Below the pieces are notes generated by a model that was not told the origin of the DNA, searched no databases, and worked only from the letters and a program-made list of their open reading frames with translations. This document shows positions 21,201 through 30,371 of a DNA stretch of 64,000 nucleotides, in pieces (positions within the stretch are counted from its first letter, which is position 1; the number at the start of each line of letters is the position of its first letter). The DNA is from a virus. Location of the stretch: positions 32,001 through 96,000 of IMG/VR virus record IMGVR_UViG_3300042691_053605. One strand, given 5' to 3'. Position numbers and translations under genes: made by a program.

Positions 21201-22941
21201 CAAGTATACGGTTATCGGACTTCCAAAAATCGTACAAAAATTCCCCTCGGCCTGTAATAGTGCCACTTGTATAATCTATTCCGTTCCAGGTGGTTTGCAC
21301 GTCAGAATCAAAAGACACCTCAAGAGGTCTTTCTAAAAATCTGCCGTCATTTACAGTCTTTCTTAAATACGTTCCAAGAGGCGAAGATTCACGCATATCA
21401 AATGTTTTGATAATTTGTGCATCTCTAAAAAATTCCTGGAACTTTCCTAAATTACTAGTGCCTGTATATGTTTCCGGATTGATTGGATGAGCCAATCTAA
21501 AAATTACAAAAAAATCTGGCAGCGTTTTTCGCATCCATAATGGAGCGAAAAAACTTAAACTTTCATCATAAAAACGGCTTTTAAGCTGTTCTACACCGTA
21601 ATTGTAAAAGTTGTCATACTGTTCGGAAAACTCTCGTTTGGTATTAAGATACTGATCATCTTTTTGGTATAATTGATAAACAGTGCTTGCAGGAGTTTTT
21701 CCTTGATCAAAAAAGTAAAACAAATCTCTTTGATACGATGTATTAGCACTAACCGGATACTTTTTGTATTTTGCATCTGACAGTTCTTCCGATGCATCAA
21801 TACTGTTTAGCCATAGAGATCCGTTTGAATCAACGGTAAGCTTAACATTGCCTGTTAATTTTGGATTTGTTTTAAGAAGAGAATACGAAGTTTTATCATC
21901 AAAAATTTCGGTAACTGTAGGAAATTCATTTTGATAGGTTGTTCTTGTAGTTTTAATATCAGTCTCTGGATATCCAAATAAATGAACCTCTTGGTAATCA
22001 ATATATCCGGTGCCCGTAGTAAGCGGAAGTACTTGTCCATAAACTTTTTCCGTTTCATCCAAATATCCTACAATAGTAGAGTTATATTCCCAGTTTTCTG
22101 GAGAAGGCCCATTATTTTTAATTATCGCAATTAAGAAATTAATTTTGAGATGAGAGTTAGAGACCCCATCATAATCAATTCTCCAAGTTAATCTTGGGTT
22201 TGCTCCAGAAGCTCCTTGGTATTTTGACCAAGGATTTGTAATACCCGATGATATTCGAGTATAATAGTTGGAAGCAGTTGGCCAATCATCTGCTAAATCC
22301 ATTCCGTTAAATTGGTTTGCCGCCAAAGGTGTGTTATCGTAATAAATTGGTGGCGTAGATTTAAGAGATGCTGTTGCAACTTCAGAAGTGCTTGTTTGGT
22401 TAATATACCAGTTATTGTCAACTGACCATTTTCCAATTTGAATTAAAAATTCCTGGCCACTTATTTGTATTGAGCCAGGATTTGAAATTGTAATGTAATA
22501 AACAAGTTCTCTGCCTGCACCAATTTGAACCAGTTTTGTTCCTTTATCTATAACGGTTGATCCAAATCTAACATTATCAATAGGGCCTGCACTACTTGTT
22601 GAAGTAGATTCGCCTTCAAGGGTTCTTCTGAACATGGTAACAGCTTTTACGTCGTCGCCAAGCTGTATTGATTCCCAAGAAGCCAGCGAAAAATCCCCGT
22701 TTGATAATGCAAAATCGCTTTCTCTAAACCAAAATTCTCCGGCAGGAGGAACCGTTGAGGGTATATATGTCCAACCTTCAAATTTTGATTCAAATGTTTG
22801 TGGCTGAATATAAGGAGCAACCCAAAGAGTATCCGTTGCCGGTAAATTTTCAGTAGGTTCTATACTTAGAAAAAGAGTGGTTCTGCCTTGAACCACTATC
22901 TCTTTTTCAAAATTTACTCTGTAAAAATCTGTGTTTGCCAT
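15271..22941 (-). CDS. Very large virion structural protein (2556 aa)
   Basis: Uninterrupted ORF, beta-rich, translationally coupled (TAATG) to the upstream gene. Confidence 0.65.
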   Translation of the reverse strand: MANTDFYRVNFEKEIVVQGRTTLFLSIEPTENLPATDTLWVAPYIQPQTFESKFEGWTYIPSTVPPAGEFWFRESDFALSNGDFSLASWESIQLGDDVKAVTMFRRTLEGESTSTSSAGPIDNVRFGSTVIDKGTKLVQIGAGRELVYYITISNPGSIQISGQEFLIQIGKWSVDNNWYINQTSTSEVATASLKSTPPIYYDNTPLAANQFNGMDLADDWPTASNYYTRISSGITNPWSKYQGASGANPRLTWRIDYDGVSNSHLKINFLIAIIKNNGPSPENWEYNSTIVGYLDETEKVYGQVLPLTTGTGYIDYQEVHLFGYPETDIKTTRTTYQNEFPTVTEIFDDKTSYSLLKTNPKLTGNVKLTVDSNGSLWLNSIDASEELSDAKYKKYPVSANTSYQRDLFYFFDQGKTPASTVYQLYQKDDQYLNTKREFSEQYDNFYNYGVEQLKSRFYDESLSFFAPLWMRKTLPDFFVIFRLAHPINPETYTGTSNLGKFQEFFRDAQIIKTFDMRESSPLGTYLRKTVNDGRFLERPLEVSFDSDVQTTWNGIDYTSGTITGRGEFLYDFWKSDNRILDFENFVTQGFERNKIISANLINLEFLFDDTEATPYSINRYFGLYVSENQLAEFEIEPTILGAISGQTPTPKSGVDGEPFNLQPFIQTNPNGVKLPVHYYHNNPNGTINTSSTPGYQGLVNGKFPLSAMVDDPLRIFYVKDRNEVFKRANSLSEVNYGNPGTDAFRRVTQIGLFDTSENISDYGGITQISSQSNADLLDGGNAQLVLEVSDILNSGIPIAEGEVLEIALKKLNTERRDYYYKLEIISIVGQIVTFEVTVPDYTVSTTPSLFYTQVEMDLSNPQTLYVDSYLAFERYSLPNTFFAGNVWDVTVFDGNVTDVTTTSTAGELNFFGQPNYSSYRWKMEANPVGLAPGESWDYPVYDPQGRDNLNTFCNVGTPEQVANAIGTCINSFKNSIVTAYVKGSSIYLKSKERWEDGNKIEFSRHYVEDYSVPHNLGYYEKSNVEIGETSSTFIVITGSSSIDMPITVYNNSPYYRTDLYYIKANLSGTNIWTVEVRENPDPLSPTTSGTVNYYGVGPNTTVLQTPNFEMDLANVVVEQSRLYEFTYGNISSSQYFIGGVQRNRARAKISLQDGKRYYSDRKIEVTGDALNGSYTLTNLSNVTNVYVGAPITGKFIAANSRVTQINAAFNEITIDKPVTGDFVGEAIGIGEISILNSSVIYQQWFQVQKGNYSRLKGWNVQGKYVYSLPFMDESNIQGYDAYSVVQIDRERSEFFLTFDKKIIAYQVYRPTLGVFSVYPIKNFDVDTYFSEYSYSPAVELLRYYNREDVLGEHRISVANSNVVSEPVLLNMGENYELTFSTENYAGPSTETCDVQIKIELYDNNVKEWKLADTIVYKTYLDAASAFPTENPQQHKGLQSILLNTFYPLYFYDTMEVPNDYQEDRGSVLDPGPYNYVNPQPGSGTTDQSNFGPQYTAVGTRNYVRKKLYTKADTEARFTKARISEITLFDSVLTTNPPTYDFDFKFRLQSSTYYNDQNIKSFAGFSSLTDFLTENDMQQIQQYTQEQSFDKFTYQMLLSEYDRLRENGQKDLAVVSKVVPSIMKWVQEGTDARDNYYRLNNSSAFGITNFSPDSEVDFTEPLLLTHEFPYLDNVPKDYPEESLEGSRSYFFQKLSDIAYNGKSWYELLSTDNTFDWFGKYFVVGYPNEISPSNILVPKSREERYTFFNYIAGLGKSQTLFRGAKINVIDYDTTVTPRVPINESERFNQYRFAAIARFVTHNNFAEEKPIQIELIDNEKFKTILMIITIYVQDYRLSAGLGDYSFFYYAIDQLRASMSTQWPGGYGAYSKFFTTKPNGYGFNTPDVKYPMEMPYTASISSYENFLTTADYFNASSAPYSKYAADIPQALKISRYRQLFLGSTRVELDDTKLGGKTWLVGNTNFVNDEIKILFQPLENLADSTLAYPNTNNSIDYFPIYKEVFPTIDLYKGFIDYYMGGRIGSNLTGIPKFTSAPSVPGVPLPKNTLTVDGVLSELSSSSRLNQTLPYTYFVYDSRNILEDIKLDYLTFGSVSSYIRYQNPSTNQKSRAIANKYTSFDVLGTLSPYPPYYYVSSQKNMMPFSSYDVTQTFNLRGGTQFYQSRKNFISYASIFKMFNEKSAYILHKKITQTGIVIQETPDFELEFVPFDKIKKLSKYYYKDDTDKPLEYENTEFIGYDLVTTNEQEYEFRHRGFYEPKTLEIVSFWAREDESFTRHFEKDYVLRNTHINGNSAVAGLLRNYFYNKVSDQEVLEISRTSAYKSLYPLIGEIAIDKKNVHALDSTWDADFYRKYTSTTNYFAVPGTEEMQETKVFLAGKAMIVPNTFDFQTFLETEVSYEIIEPKKSIGVSSLDEVKTVENSSLESKPILKITLDLKTRLKRGLLEGILESTSFDDFAWFNSLGIPAITYTPSELEVLKIEYLEKNIIPLYEVSAITLYANNNEGLPVLDIVLDEAEKLSAGYREDKGVKNTSINDYTYVLEKVLDTKAPNSYSISAVLKRI

Positions 22942-25900
22942 TAGCTAGTTAGAGACTTTATTGTATTTTTGCTGTAGGTAATGTTTTCTCGGGTTTTAAC
23001 TAGAGATGTTTGTATTTCATCTACTCGTTGTGCCAAAGATTCGCGTTTGTAAGTTGCTTTTACTGCTACATCAAAAGAAAATACAGTGGTGTCTTTTACA
23101 TAGATATCTATCCCGATCTTTTTTGAGTAATTCAATTGTGAAGGCGGTGTCCAACCAGGAGTTGAATCGTATCCACCAACATATCCGGTACCAGTTCCTG
23201 TGTTATCACCGGCAAAATCGGTCATTCTGAATTGGTAAATGATAGGCACCTGAATAGCATTTGATTCACCGGTACCTACATCCTTAACGGCTCGATAATC
23301 GGTTCCATCAACCAATAATTGGTCAAACGTTGCAGGCGCTACAAAAAGATATGATCCACAAGTGTTTTTTCCTATCAAATACCTGTCATTATCGGTAAAT
23401 CCAAATTTATCTGGCATCTCATTAATAAGAGGAGTATACGGAGCAACCATTGGGAACGGCCCGTTTACTGACCAGTTATTTTGGTATCTTAATTGTTGAT
23501 AGCCTTTTTCTCCTGCGTTAAAATTGTAGGAATGCCTAAATGCACTAACAGATTCCGGCGCCTCAGGATAACCTTCTGCATTTACCGTTGTGATGGTAGG
23601 CTGCTGAAGAGATGCCAAGGTAGGTGAACCTGATGAAATTGCAGGATGAGCAACGTGAATACAAAAATTAGAAAGAGTACCATTTCCATTAGGAACCCCC
23701 GCAGTATATCCTCCGCTCCATACGTAATTGGTAGTTCCAGCAGAAGGAGTATTTGGAGTTAAATGACGTGTATTTCCTGATGGAGGATCCATATACAGAG
23801 GATTTGCTAAACCAATATCTGTATAGCGGCTGTATAAAAATTGCGATTTTAATTGTCCACTTTGATAAAAAGCGGATGCAATTTTATTTGCATTATTAGT
23901 ATCAGCGTTTGCAACCGAGGTGTTTACTATTGGAACAATATCGTATCTTCTGCTGGTTTGATAATCGGTATCAGTAGAAGATAAACTCACTGGCAAATTA
24001 TCGCCAAGTCCACCCGGGAATCTTGAAACAAGTTCCAGCGTTGCAACAATTGGGTTTTCAATAGAGAGAGTATAAATCTTATTAATAACTGCGCCTCTTT
24101 GAGCGGATGCAGGTAGCAGGGCTACATAATCCACATAATATCCAGCAAAAAGGTTAATGGTAGAACCGGTTTGTATCTCAGTTTTTGATGATGTATCATT
24201 ATCAATCAAATAAACTTTTAGTTCGCCTTTAGCACTTGCGATAGCATTCTGTATCTCTTGAATAGCAGAATCCATAGCTTTTAATTTGTCATATAGAGAT
24301 ATGATCTGCCCGGCCGCATCATAAAAAGACGATGAAATAACATCTGCGCTATGAGCGTAATATTGTTCGCCAGCATTAAATGAGGAACTTAAATGTATGT
24401 CTAATCCTTTTGCATTTAAGTCTTCTTCTAATTGAACTTTTGTAATTTCCTGAGAAGCCTGGTTTAGAGCAATTACTGCTTCATCCTCACCAGTTAGCTC
24501 TTGTGGAAAATCAATAGTTACGATATTAGAGGGTACTGACGTAAGCGGTGATACCGGCCAGCCTGCTTCGGAAACTGATATTACATAAAATTCAACCTTT
24601 TCGCCTTTGCTGATAGGAATATCTACCTGATTGATATTAATAACATCCGGGTTTTCAATGTCTTCAGCGTCCCAAATGTATTTTCCAGTAGAAACATCAT
24701 AACTCTTTCTGCGAATTTCTGATTTGACTTGTACTAGATTTGAAAAACTTGCTCTACGAGTTTCTCCCGTATTTGAAGTGAAATCATACTGTTTGGTATC
24801 AGAAGCGTTTCCAGCTGGATTCACATATCGGTAATACACATAAAATTGTACAACTTCCTGGAACCCGGTCTTTTCCGTAAATTTAGGTGTAGGTATGTTA
24901 AAGAATCCACGAACTCTATACTTAGGACTATCAAGGGCAGCAGGCTTATCAGTGGTTGCAGTATTTAATTCTTTTACAATACTTGCATACAGTGAAGACT
25001 GGCTGGCTTTTTCACGGATAAGAGATTGCAACTCGTTTTGTACACCGCGTCTTTCAGTTGTTGATGAAAAATTGGTAGTGTTTAGCTGCTCTTTTTTCTT
25101 ATCAATAGATTCGGTTAACTTATTTATAGTGGACTCAATTCTAACTTTATCAGAAGCCTTTTTTCGAATTGATTCAATCTCTGCTTGATCTAATTTATGT
25201 TGATTAATTTGTACTACCTTAAAATTTGCAGGATCCAAAACGGGAGCATCCGGAGTTAAACCATCAAGTGCAGAAATTACTCCATTTTTTGTTGACGATA
25301 TAAGCTGATTGCCAAAATCCATAACACGAGTTCTATAAAACTCGCCAAGATTTAGTGAGCCTTCTGCCAAATCAATGGTTAAATTGTTCGAATAAAAAGC
25401 AGTTCCAGGCGACCATTTTGTAGAAATAAGATTTGCTTCGTCATTTACATTCTTAAAGAAAACAATCTGTCTTTCGTCAAATCCGACACCTACATTTGCA
25501 AGTTTAGGTGAAAACACTTCGGAATACACTGATACGGTTTCACCTGCTACAAATGGTTCATAGCCTCTTAATCTTTTAACACCTACATATTTTGTAGTAG
25601 GATCAACCTCGGTTACTTCATAAATACTTTCGCCTTTAATTAGTTGATCTCCAATTTTAAGTGTCATGGTATTTGCCTGTACAGACAAATTGTCATTATA
25701 TTGAATAGTGTTAAACAGGTATCTTCTTTTTGTAACCTCGGTTCCGTCCTGAAGAGTTACTTTTTGATCACGGTAGGAAACTACAATAAAATCGCCACTG
25801 TATCTAACAACTGATAGAGGTAAATCCATTATCTCTTCATCTACAAAATACGCATAATTTTTTCTTTGTAGATCAACCAACAAATTAACGTAATCAATAT

Positions 25901-26426
25901 CATTACGGCCAGACAAAGAGGTATCAAAGTAATCAATTATTTCTTGGGTAGAAGCATTTAAGATTAAACGCTTAACTCCAATTTTTGATTCGTTTTGAGC
26001 AATATACTTTGTAACATCAAAACTTACCTTCATGGCAGGTGACATTAGGTTTTCAAAAAACCAATTGTTTTCGGCGGTAAATTTAGATGGCACCGTAACC
26101 GTTCCAATTCGTGGAGGGTCTACCGGTGTTTTAGTCTGAATGATTCTCTTAAAAGTTCCGTCAGGCATTCTGATGTACGCATCAGAATCAAAACCCATTA
26201 AGCTTGTAAGAGTATTATCAATTCTTTGAATTGAACTTTTAATTCCAGAAAAAGAAGGAATTGTATAAGTGCTAGTAGTACCATCGGTATTTTGCGTGGT
26301 GACGGTTATTACGTCAGCGTCCGTGGTTACTGCTTGAGATTGCTTTGCAATAATCTCAAGCGCATTGTTTTGTAGGCGAATAAACTCCGCTAAAACTGTA
26401 GAAAAACTGTTGCTGGTCCCTGCCAT
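22941..26426 (-). CDS. Large virion structural protein with coiled coils (1161 aa)
   Basis: Long ORF in the structural operon, preceded by GATAAATAA. Confidence 0.6.
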   Translation of the reverse strand: MAGTSNSFSTVLAEFIRLQNNALEIIAKQSQAVTTDADVITVTTQNTDGTTSTYTIPSFSGIKSSIQRIDNTLTSLMGFDSDAYIRMPDGTFKRIIQTKTPVDPPRIGTVTVPSKFTAENNWFFENLMSPAMKVSFDVTKYIAQNESKIGVKRLILNASTQEIIDYFDTSLSGRNDIDYVNLLVDLQRKNYAYFVDEEIMDLPLSVVRYSGDFIVVSYRDQKVTLQDGTEVTKRRYLFNTIQYNDNLSVQANTMTLKIGDQLIKGESIYEVTEVDPTTKYVGVKRLRGYEPFVAGETVSVYSEVFSPKLANVGVGFDERQIVFFKNVNDEANLISTKWSPGTAFYSNNLTIDLAEGSLNLGEFYRTRVMDFGNQLISSTKNGVISALDGLTPDAPVLDPANFKVVQINQHKLDQAEIESIRKKASDKVRIESTINKLTESIDKKKEQLNTTNFSSTTERRGVQNELQSLIREKASQSSLYASIVKELNTATTDKPAALDSPKYRVRGFFNIPTPKFTEKTGFQEVVQFYVYYRYVNPAGNASDTKQYDFTSNTGETRRASFSNLVQVKSEIRRKSYDVSTGKYIWDAEDIENPDVININQVDIPISKGEKVEFYVISVSEAGWPVSPLTSVPSNIVTIDFPQELTGEDEAVIALNQASQEITKVQLEEDLNAKGLDIHLSSSFNAGEQYYAHSADVISSSFYDAAGQIISLYDKLKAMDSAIQEIQNAIASAKGELKVYLIDNDTSSKTEIQTGSTINLFAGYYVDYVALLPASAQRGAVINKIYTLSIENPIVATLELVSRFPGGLGDNLPVSLSSTDTDYQTSRRYDIVPIVNTSVANADTNNANKIASAFYQSGQLKSQFLYSRYTDIGLANPLYMDPPSGNTRHLTPNTPSAGTTNYVWSGGYTAGVPNGNGTLSNFCIHVAHPAISSGSPTLASLQQPTITTVNAEGYPEAPESVSAFRHSYNFNAGEKGYQQLRYQNNWSVNGPFPMVAPYTPLINEMPDKFGFTDNDRYLIGKNTCGSYLFVAPATFDQLLVDGTDYRAVKDVGTGESNAIQVPIIYQFRMTDFAGDNTGTGTGYVGGYDSTPGWTPPSQLNYSKKIGIDIYVKDTTVFSFDVAVKATYKRESLAQRVDEIQTSLVKTRENITYSKNTIKSLTS

Positions 26427-26441
26427 TTTGACCTTTTTGTT

Positions 26442-26450
26442 TTATTTATC
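26442..26450 (-). promoter_or_regulatory. Class A late-promoter-like motif (GATAAATAA)
   Basis: 15 nt upstream of the ATG at 26426. Confidence 0.55.
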
Positions 26451-26470
26451 CAAGTCAATGCAGAAATACC

Positions 26471-28639
26471 TTAGAAGATATCTACTGCAAACTGATAAGT
26501 TGCGGGGTCTAGACAGATGAGCTCGATGATAGGGTTATCTCCTTTTGCCGCAAATTGTGTGTAAGTAATAAATCCAATTTCTGCGGAGTACGGGAATCCT
26601 GTGTTAAGCGAGTCAAGAGCATCTGAATATATGATGAAATTGAAATTGCCGTTTGTATTTGACATATCGATTCCATTTTCAAAGGCTATTCTGAAAACCT
26701 GACCCTTTTGCCACTTATTGACTGTGTCGTTAACGTATAATATGATATCTCTATCGGTTGAAGGAGGGGCAGATGCCGTTCCGCCTTCGATCTTCAAATA
26801 ATTATTGTAGTCCAATAAGTTTCTTAAGAAGCTGTAACTTGTAGGATTAACCACAAAACTTGAAGGGAATGTAATAAGAGAGGTATCAGTAGTAGATGAC
26901 AATGTACCAATATTGTACATTTGTCGTGTATTAATTACCTTTGCACTTCCAGGACTGGATTTGTCAATGTTTATTCCCGCGCCTGGTTGTAAAAGATCTA
27001 AATTGTAAGAAACCTGAATGCTAGTAGTACCAGCATATATGTTGTTAATTTCCTGGTAAACATTTTCAATCATGTTTACCAAGTTTTGGTTATTTACAAA
27101 TACTTGTTGTGACTGCTCAATTAAGAGTTGCAAAGAATCCAAGCGTTGATTAATTTCAGCCGCGGATTGCGAATTAATGATTTGGTTATTGAGATCGTTT
27201 ACCTGGTTTTGTAGTGCTACCAATTGATTTTGATTTGCCTCAAGCAAATCTGAAGAATTCATCAACTGATTAAGAGCCTCCATAAACTGCTGTAATGAAT
27301 ACGGATTGTAGTCATTAATGCTGGTTTCAATTGAGGTATCTTGGCTGTTTACATCAAATTTGATATTTACACGGAAAGCGTAAGAGTTTCCGTTATCGCC
27401 GGTTAAAGAATTTGGTTTGTACTTGGTATACTGTGGAATAAACCCACCGCCGCCTGCCTGTGGATCTACGTTATCTAAAAATAGTATTCCAAATAGGTTT
27501 GTAGTAAAATTGGTAGAATCATTTGGATCATACAAATCATAATACAACATTACTGTATTGAAACTAAATGACTGCGAAACCGCTAATTCATTGTATTTAC
27601 CAAATTCCGTAATAGCGTTATTGACCATACCTGCATATGCAGTTTGATCATAAACAAGACTAATTCCGTCTAATCGGTTTCGTACAAATTCCGTTGTATA
27701 GTTTACACTTTCTATTTTTAGACGATCATTTGAAACGTCGCCAAACGAGGCATCCGTAAGATATGAATCCTGGTATGCATTAGTAAACCACCAATCATTT
27801 GCTACCCAGTTGCCTGCTACAATATCGTATTTGTAAAAAGTTCCATTTGCGCCTGACGGATCATTTACATCCAGAGTATTTAGAACCGAATCATAATATG
27901 CTTCTAAACTTAGTCCTGCAGGAGAAACTGTGTTTACATCTCTTCCAAAAAGATACGGAGCGTTTAACGGATTTGCTGGCGCATTCTGATATACTGTATT
28001 AGCCGCGTAATTGGCATCCGAAATAGAATCAAATAAGACTACCGGAGTATTACCGTGACTAGTAGGAACATAAATATAAACCTCAGAAAAAGCATTAAAA
28101 TTGTTTCTTACTGAATTGATAATGCTTACGTCACCAATGTACTTTATTACGCGGTTATAGAAAGAACTTGAATCTTCTTCAACATAAGCTTTTCCAGTTT
28201 GCCAGTTTTGAACTACTGAGGCAACGGCTTCTCCGCCATCCGCTTCACGGAAACGAATCGCTCCCATTTCCTTAAGCCACTTAAAGAAAACACGTTCAGA
28301 AACTGTGCGATTTAGATTAGGATCATAGCTGCTTTGACCAGTTAGTAGCGCTTCAAGATTTAAGCAATAGTTTTGAAAAGATTCACCAAAGTAATCGTTC
28401 CAAGATTTGCTACCATCAATTTGTTCATAGCCTCCTGGGATATTTTTTAAGCCAGTGGTATTACTTAAATCTGGTGAAGAATTTTGTAACGGAGGCAAGT
28501 CCAGCAAAGCAAATCGCGAAAAACGAAACTTTTTCTGTGAATCATTAAAAGTTAAGCCTAAATCTTCTGATGCAGAAGAAAAGGTATAAAAAGTTCCGCC
28601 TTGTAAGCGTATTGGTCTAATTAGTGGAGCTACTGCCAT
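26471..28639 (-). CDS. Virion structural protein (722 aa) with Asn/Gln coiled coil
   Basis: Long ORF with heptad region LEANQNQLVALQNQVNDLNNQI; structural context. Confidence 0.6.
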   Translation of the reverse strand: MAVAPLIRPIRLQGGTFYTFSSASEDLGLTFNDSQKKFRFSRFALLDLPPLQNSSPDLSNTTGLKNIPGGYEQIDGSKSWNDYFGESFQNYCLNLEALLTGQSSYDPNLNRTVSERVFFKWLKEMGAIRFREADGGEAVASVVQNWQTGKAYVEEDSSSFYNRVIKYIGDVSIINSVRNNFNAFSEVYIYVPTSHGNTPVVLFDSISDANYAANTVYQNAPANPLNAPYLFGRDVNTVSPAGLSLEAYYDSVLNTLDVNDPSGANGTFYKYDIVAGNWVANDWWFTNAYQDSYLTDASFGDVSNDRLKIESVNYTTEFVRNRLDGISLVYDQTAYAGMVNNAITEFGKYNELAVSQSFSFNTVMLYYDLYDPNDSTNFTTNLFGILFLDNVDPQAGGGGFIPQYTKYKPNSLTGDNGNSYAFRVNIKFDVNSQDTSIETSINDYNPYSLQQFMEALNQLMNSSDLLEANQNQLVALQNQVNDLNNQIINSQSAAEINQRLDSLQLLIEQSQQVFVNNQNLVNMIENVYQEINNIYAGTTSIQVSYNLDLLQPGAGINIDKSSPGSAKVINTRQMYNIGTLSSTTDTSLITFPSSFVVNPTSYSFLRNLLDYNNYLKIEGGTASAPPSTDRDIILYVNDTVNKWQKGQVFRIAFENGIDMSNTNGNFNFIIYSDALDSLNTGFPYSAEIGFITYTQFAAKGDNPIIELICLDPATYQFAVDIF

Positions 28640-28654
28640 CCCAAGAATCTATTT

Positions 28655-29476
28655 TTAGAAGTAGGTTACGTCTCCGTGCGCTCCTATAACAATCCAGCCA
28701 TTTGAAGTTACCGCAAGATCAATCCAAATACCTCTAAATTTGGCGGTTGTACTGTTAATATTGTCGTTCAAAATAATGTTTGCTGCAAGAGTTGTATTGC
28801 TGAACGCAGGAGCAAATCCTGCACTGTTATTAATTTCAAATTGCAAGTTTGTAGGCGCTACGCTATCAAAAAGAAGAGTGATAATTTGCCCGTCATTTAA
28901 AGCGCTAGGCAGAGGTAAGACCAAGATATTATTAGGTGCAGTAACTGTACTTACATCCAAATGAACATATCTTGTATTTACATCAATATCATTTGATAAA
29001 ACACCCGTAAGAGTTTGTACATTTAGAAGCGGAGATTTTGTGGTAAATCCATAAAGTTGCTCATGCGCGTAAGAATCATTTTCAATATTTTGCAAATAAT
29101 TGGTAAGTACGTTTGTACCTGCGGTGCCTGCGGTATTATTAAAAGTTACATCGCCATCCGCATCCAAATTAGCAGTAATATCAGCATTACCTGTTACTGT
29201 CAGGGTTGAACTATTGGTAGCGGTACCTAGCGAAAGATTACCATCAATCTGTGCAGATCCCTGATTAAGGAATGTCACAACGCTGGCCGCTCTGGTATAT
29301 TTCAAAACCTGAACATCGCCAACATTCAGTGCCCCGCCAGGAACGTATGAAGTGTTTAGGCGAGTTTCTAAGGTATTAACCGCGTTTTGTAAAAGTGTGA
29401 AATTGTTATTGATCACAACTCGTGAAGCTGCAATATTGTCTCCACCAAGAATTTCTGTGATTGTTATTGTTGCCAT
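28655..29476 (-). CDS. Short fibre/appendage protein
   Basis: N-terminus ITEILGGDNIAASRVVINNNF resembles the anchor of the 2096-aa fibre; beta-rich body. Confidence 0.6.
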   Translation of the reverse strand: MATITITEILGGDNIAASRVVINNNFTLLQNAVNTLETRLNTSYVPGGALNVGDVQVLKYTRAASVVTFLNQGSAQIDGNLSLGTATNSSTLTVTGNADITANLDADGDVTFNNTAGTAGTNVLTNYLQNIENDSYAHEQLYGFTTKSPLLNVQTLTGVLSNDIDVNTRYVHLDVSTVTAPNNILVLPLPSALNDGQIITLLFDSVAPTNLQFEINNSAGFAPAFSNTTLAANIILNDNINSTTAKFRGIWIDLAVTSNGWIVIGAHGDVTYF

Positions 29477-29504
29477 TTTCTAATGTTTTTTGAACTTTTC
29501 TAAA

Positions 29505-29513
29505 CTATATATC
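29505..29513 (-). promoter_or_regulatory. Class A late-promoter-like motif (GATATATAG)
   Basis: Overlaps the Nei stop codon and heads the large structural operon. Confidence 0.55.
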
Positions 29514-30371
29514 TTCGCCTTCTGTGTTAGGCTTTGATTCTCTATATGATTCTGGAACAAATTCTTCCCATTGTGGATCATACCAAAATCTTCTACCAGT
29601 TTTATCAATAACCGAATGGCCTTTTTGATATGTTTTCATCCAATCATTAAAACCATGTGCAGGAACGCCATTAGGGTTTATCCAATCTTTTAATTGGCCG
29701 CCCCCTAATGTATAGGCATCTCGTACACATAAGTGTGTGGTTTTAAGCAGCAGTTCCAATTGATCAACTGTTAGCTCGTTTGCTATAGTAAACGGCATAA
29801 TACCGGTTCTGTGCAATATTTCCGCGCGAAGGTAATTACCTACCCCGTTAAAGTAGCCTTGATTCATTAAGACTTCATTAATAGGAAATCTAAATGCTTT
29901 GGAAGTCTTAAAATTAGCACGGATATTTTGAGTAAATTCATTGTATTCCGTAAGAGGACAGGGACCACGATTATTTGCCCAGTTCCCCCATTTCCATTTT
30001 GCAAAACGACGGATATCATGTAAAACCAGCAAGTCTCCACGAGTAGTAATCAGCCGCAAATGAGAATGCTTAAGAACTCGGTCCCTTTCCGGACTGTCAT
30101 GCCGAACCATAGCCCAGGATCCACTCATACCTAAGGTCACCATTAAATTTCGAATGTCTTCTCCTGCAGGTCCACCTCCAATCAGCTCTAAAATAAGTTT
30201 TAACTCCTTTCCACGGCTTTCGGCTTTTACCGTAAAAACGGCTCCACCGAAAGGATCCAGCTCTGTCTTTACTTTTGACACTGTTGATTTTTCAATTTGT
30301 TCAAAAAACTGATTGGCGGCAACTGCATTAATAAAGTCGCCCATGATTTTAACCTCGGCTAATTCTGGCAT
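29505..30371 (-). CDS. nei: Fpg/Nei DNA glycosylase/AP lyase, NEIL1-like (zincless finger)
   Basis: N-terminal catalytic MPE; RGKEL, LGMSGS, DIRRF; H2TH FNGVGNYLRAEIL; C-terminal DKTGRRFWY without Zn-finger cysteines. Confidence 0.9.
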   Translation of the reverse strand: MPELAEVKIMGDFINAVAANQFFEQIEKSTVSKVKTELDPFGGAVFTVKAESRGKELKLILELIGGGPAGEDIRNLMVTLGMSGSWAMVRHDSPERDRVLKHSHLRLITTRGDLLVLHDIRRFAKWKWGNWANNRGPCPLTEYNEFTQNIRANFKTSKAFRFPINEVLMNQGYFNGVGNYLRAEILHRTGIMPFTIANELTVDQLELLLKTTHLCVRDAYTLGGGQLKDWINPNGVPAHGFNDWMKTYQKGHSVIDKTGRRFWYDPQWEEFVPESYRESKPNTEGEDI

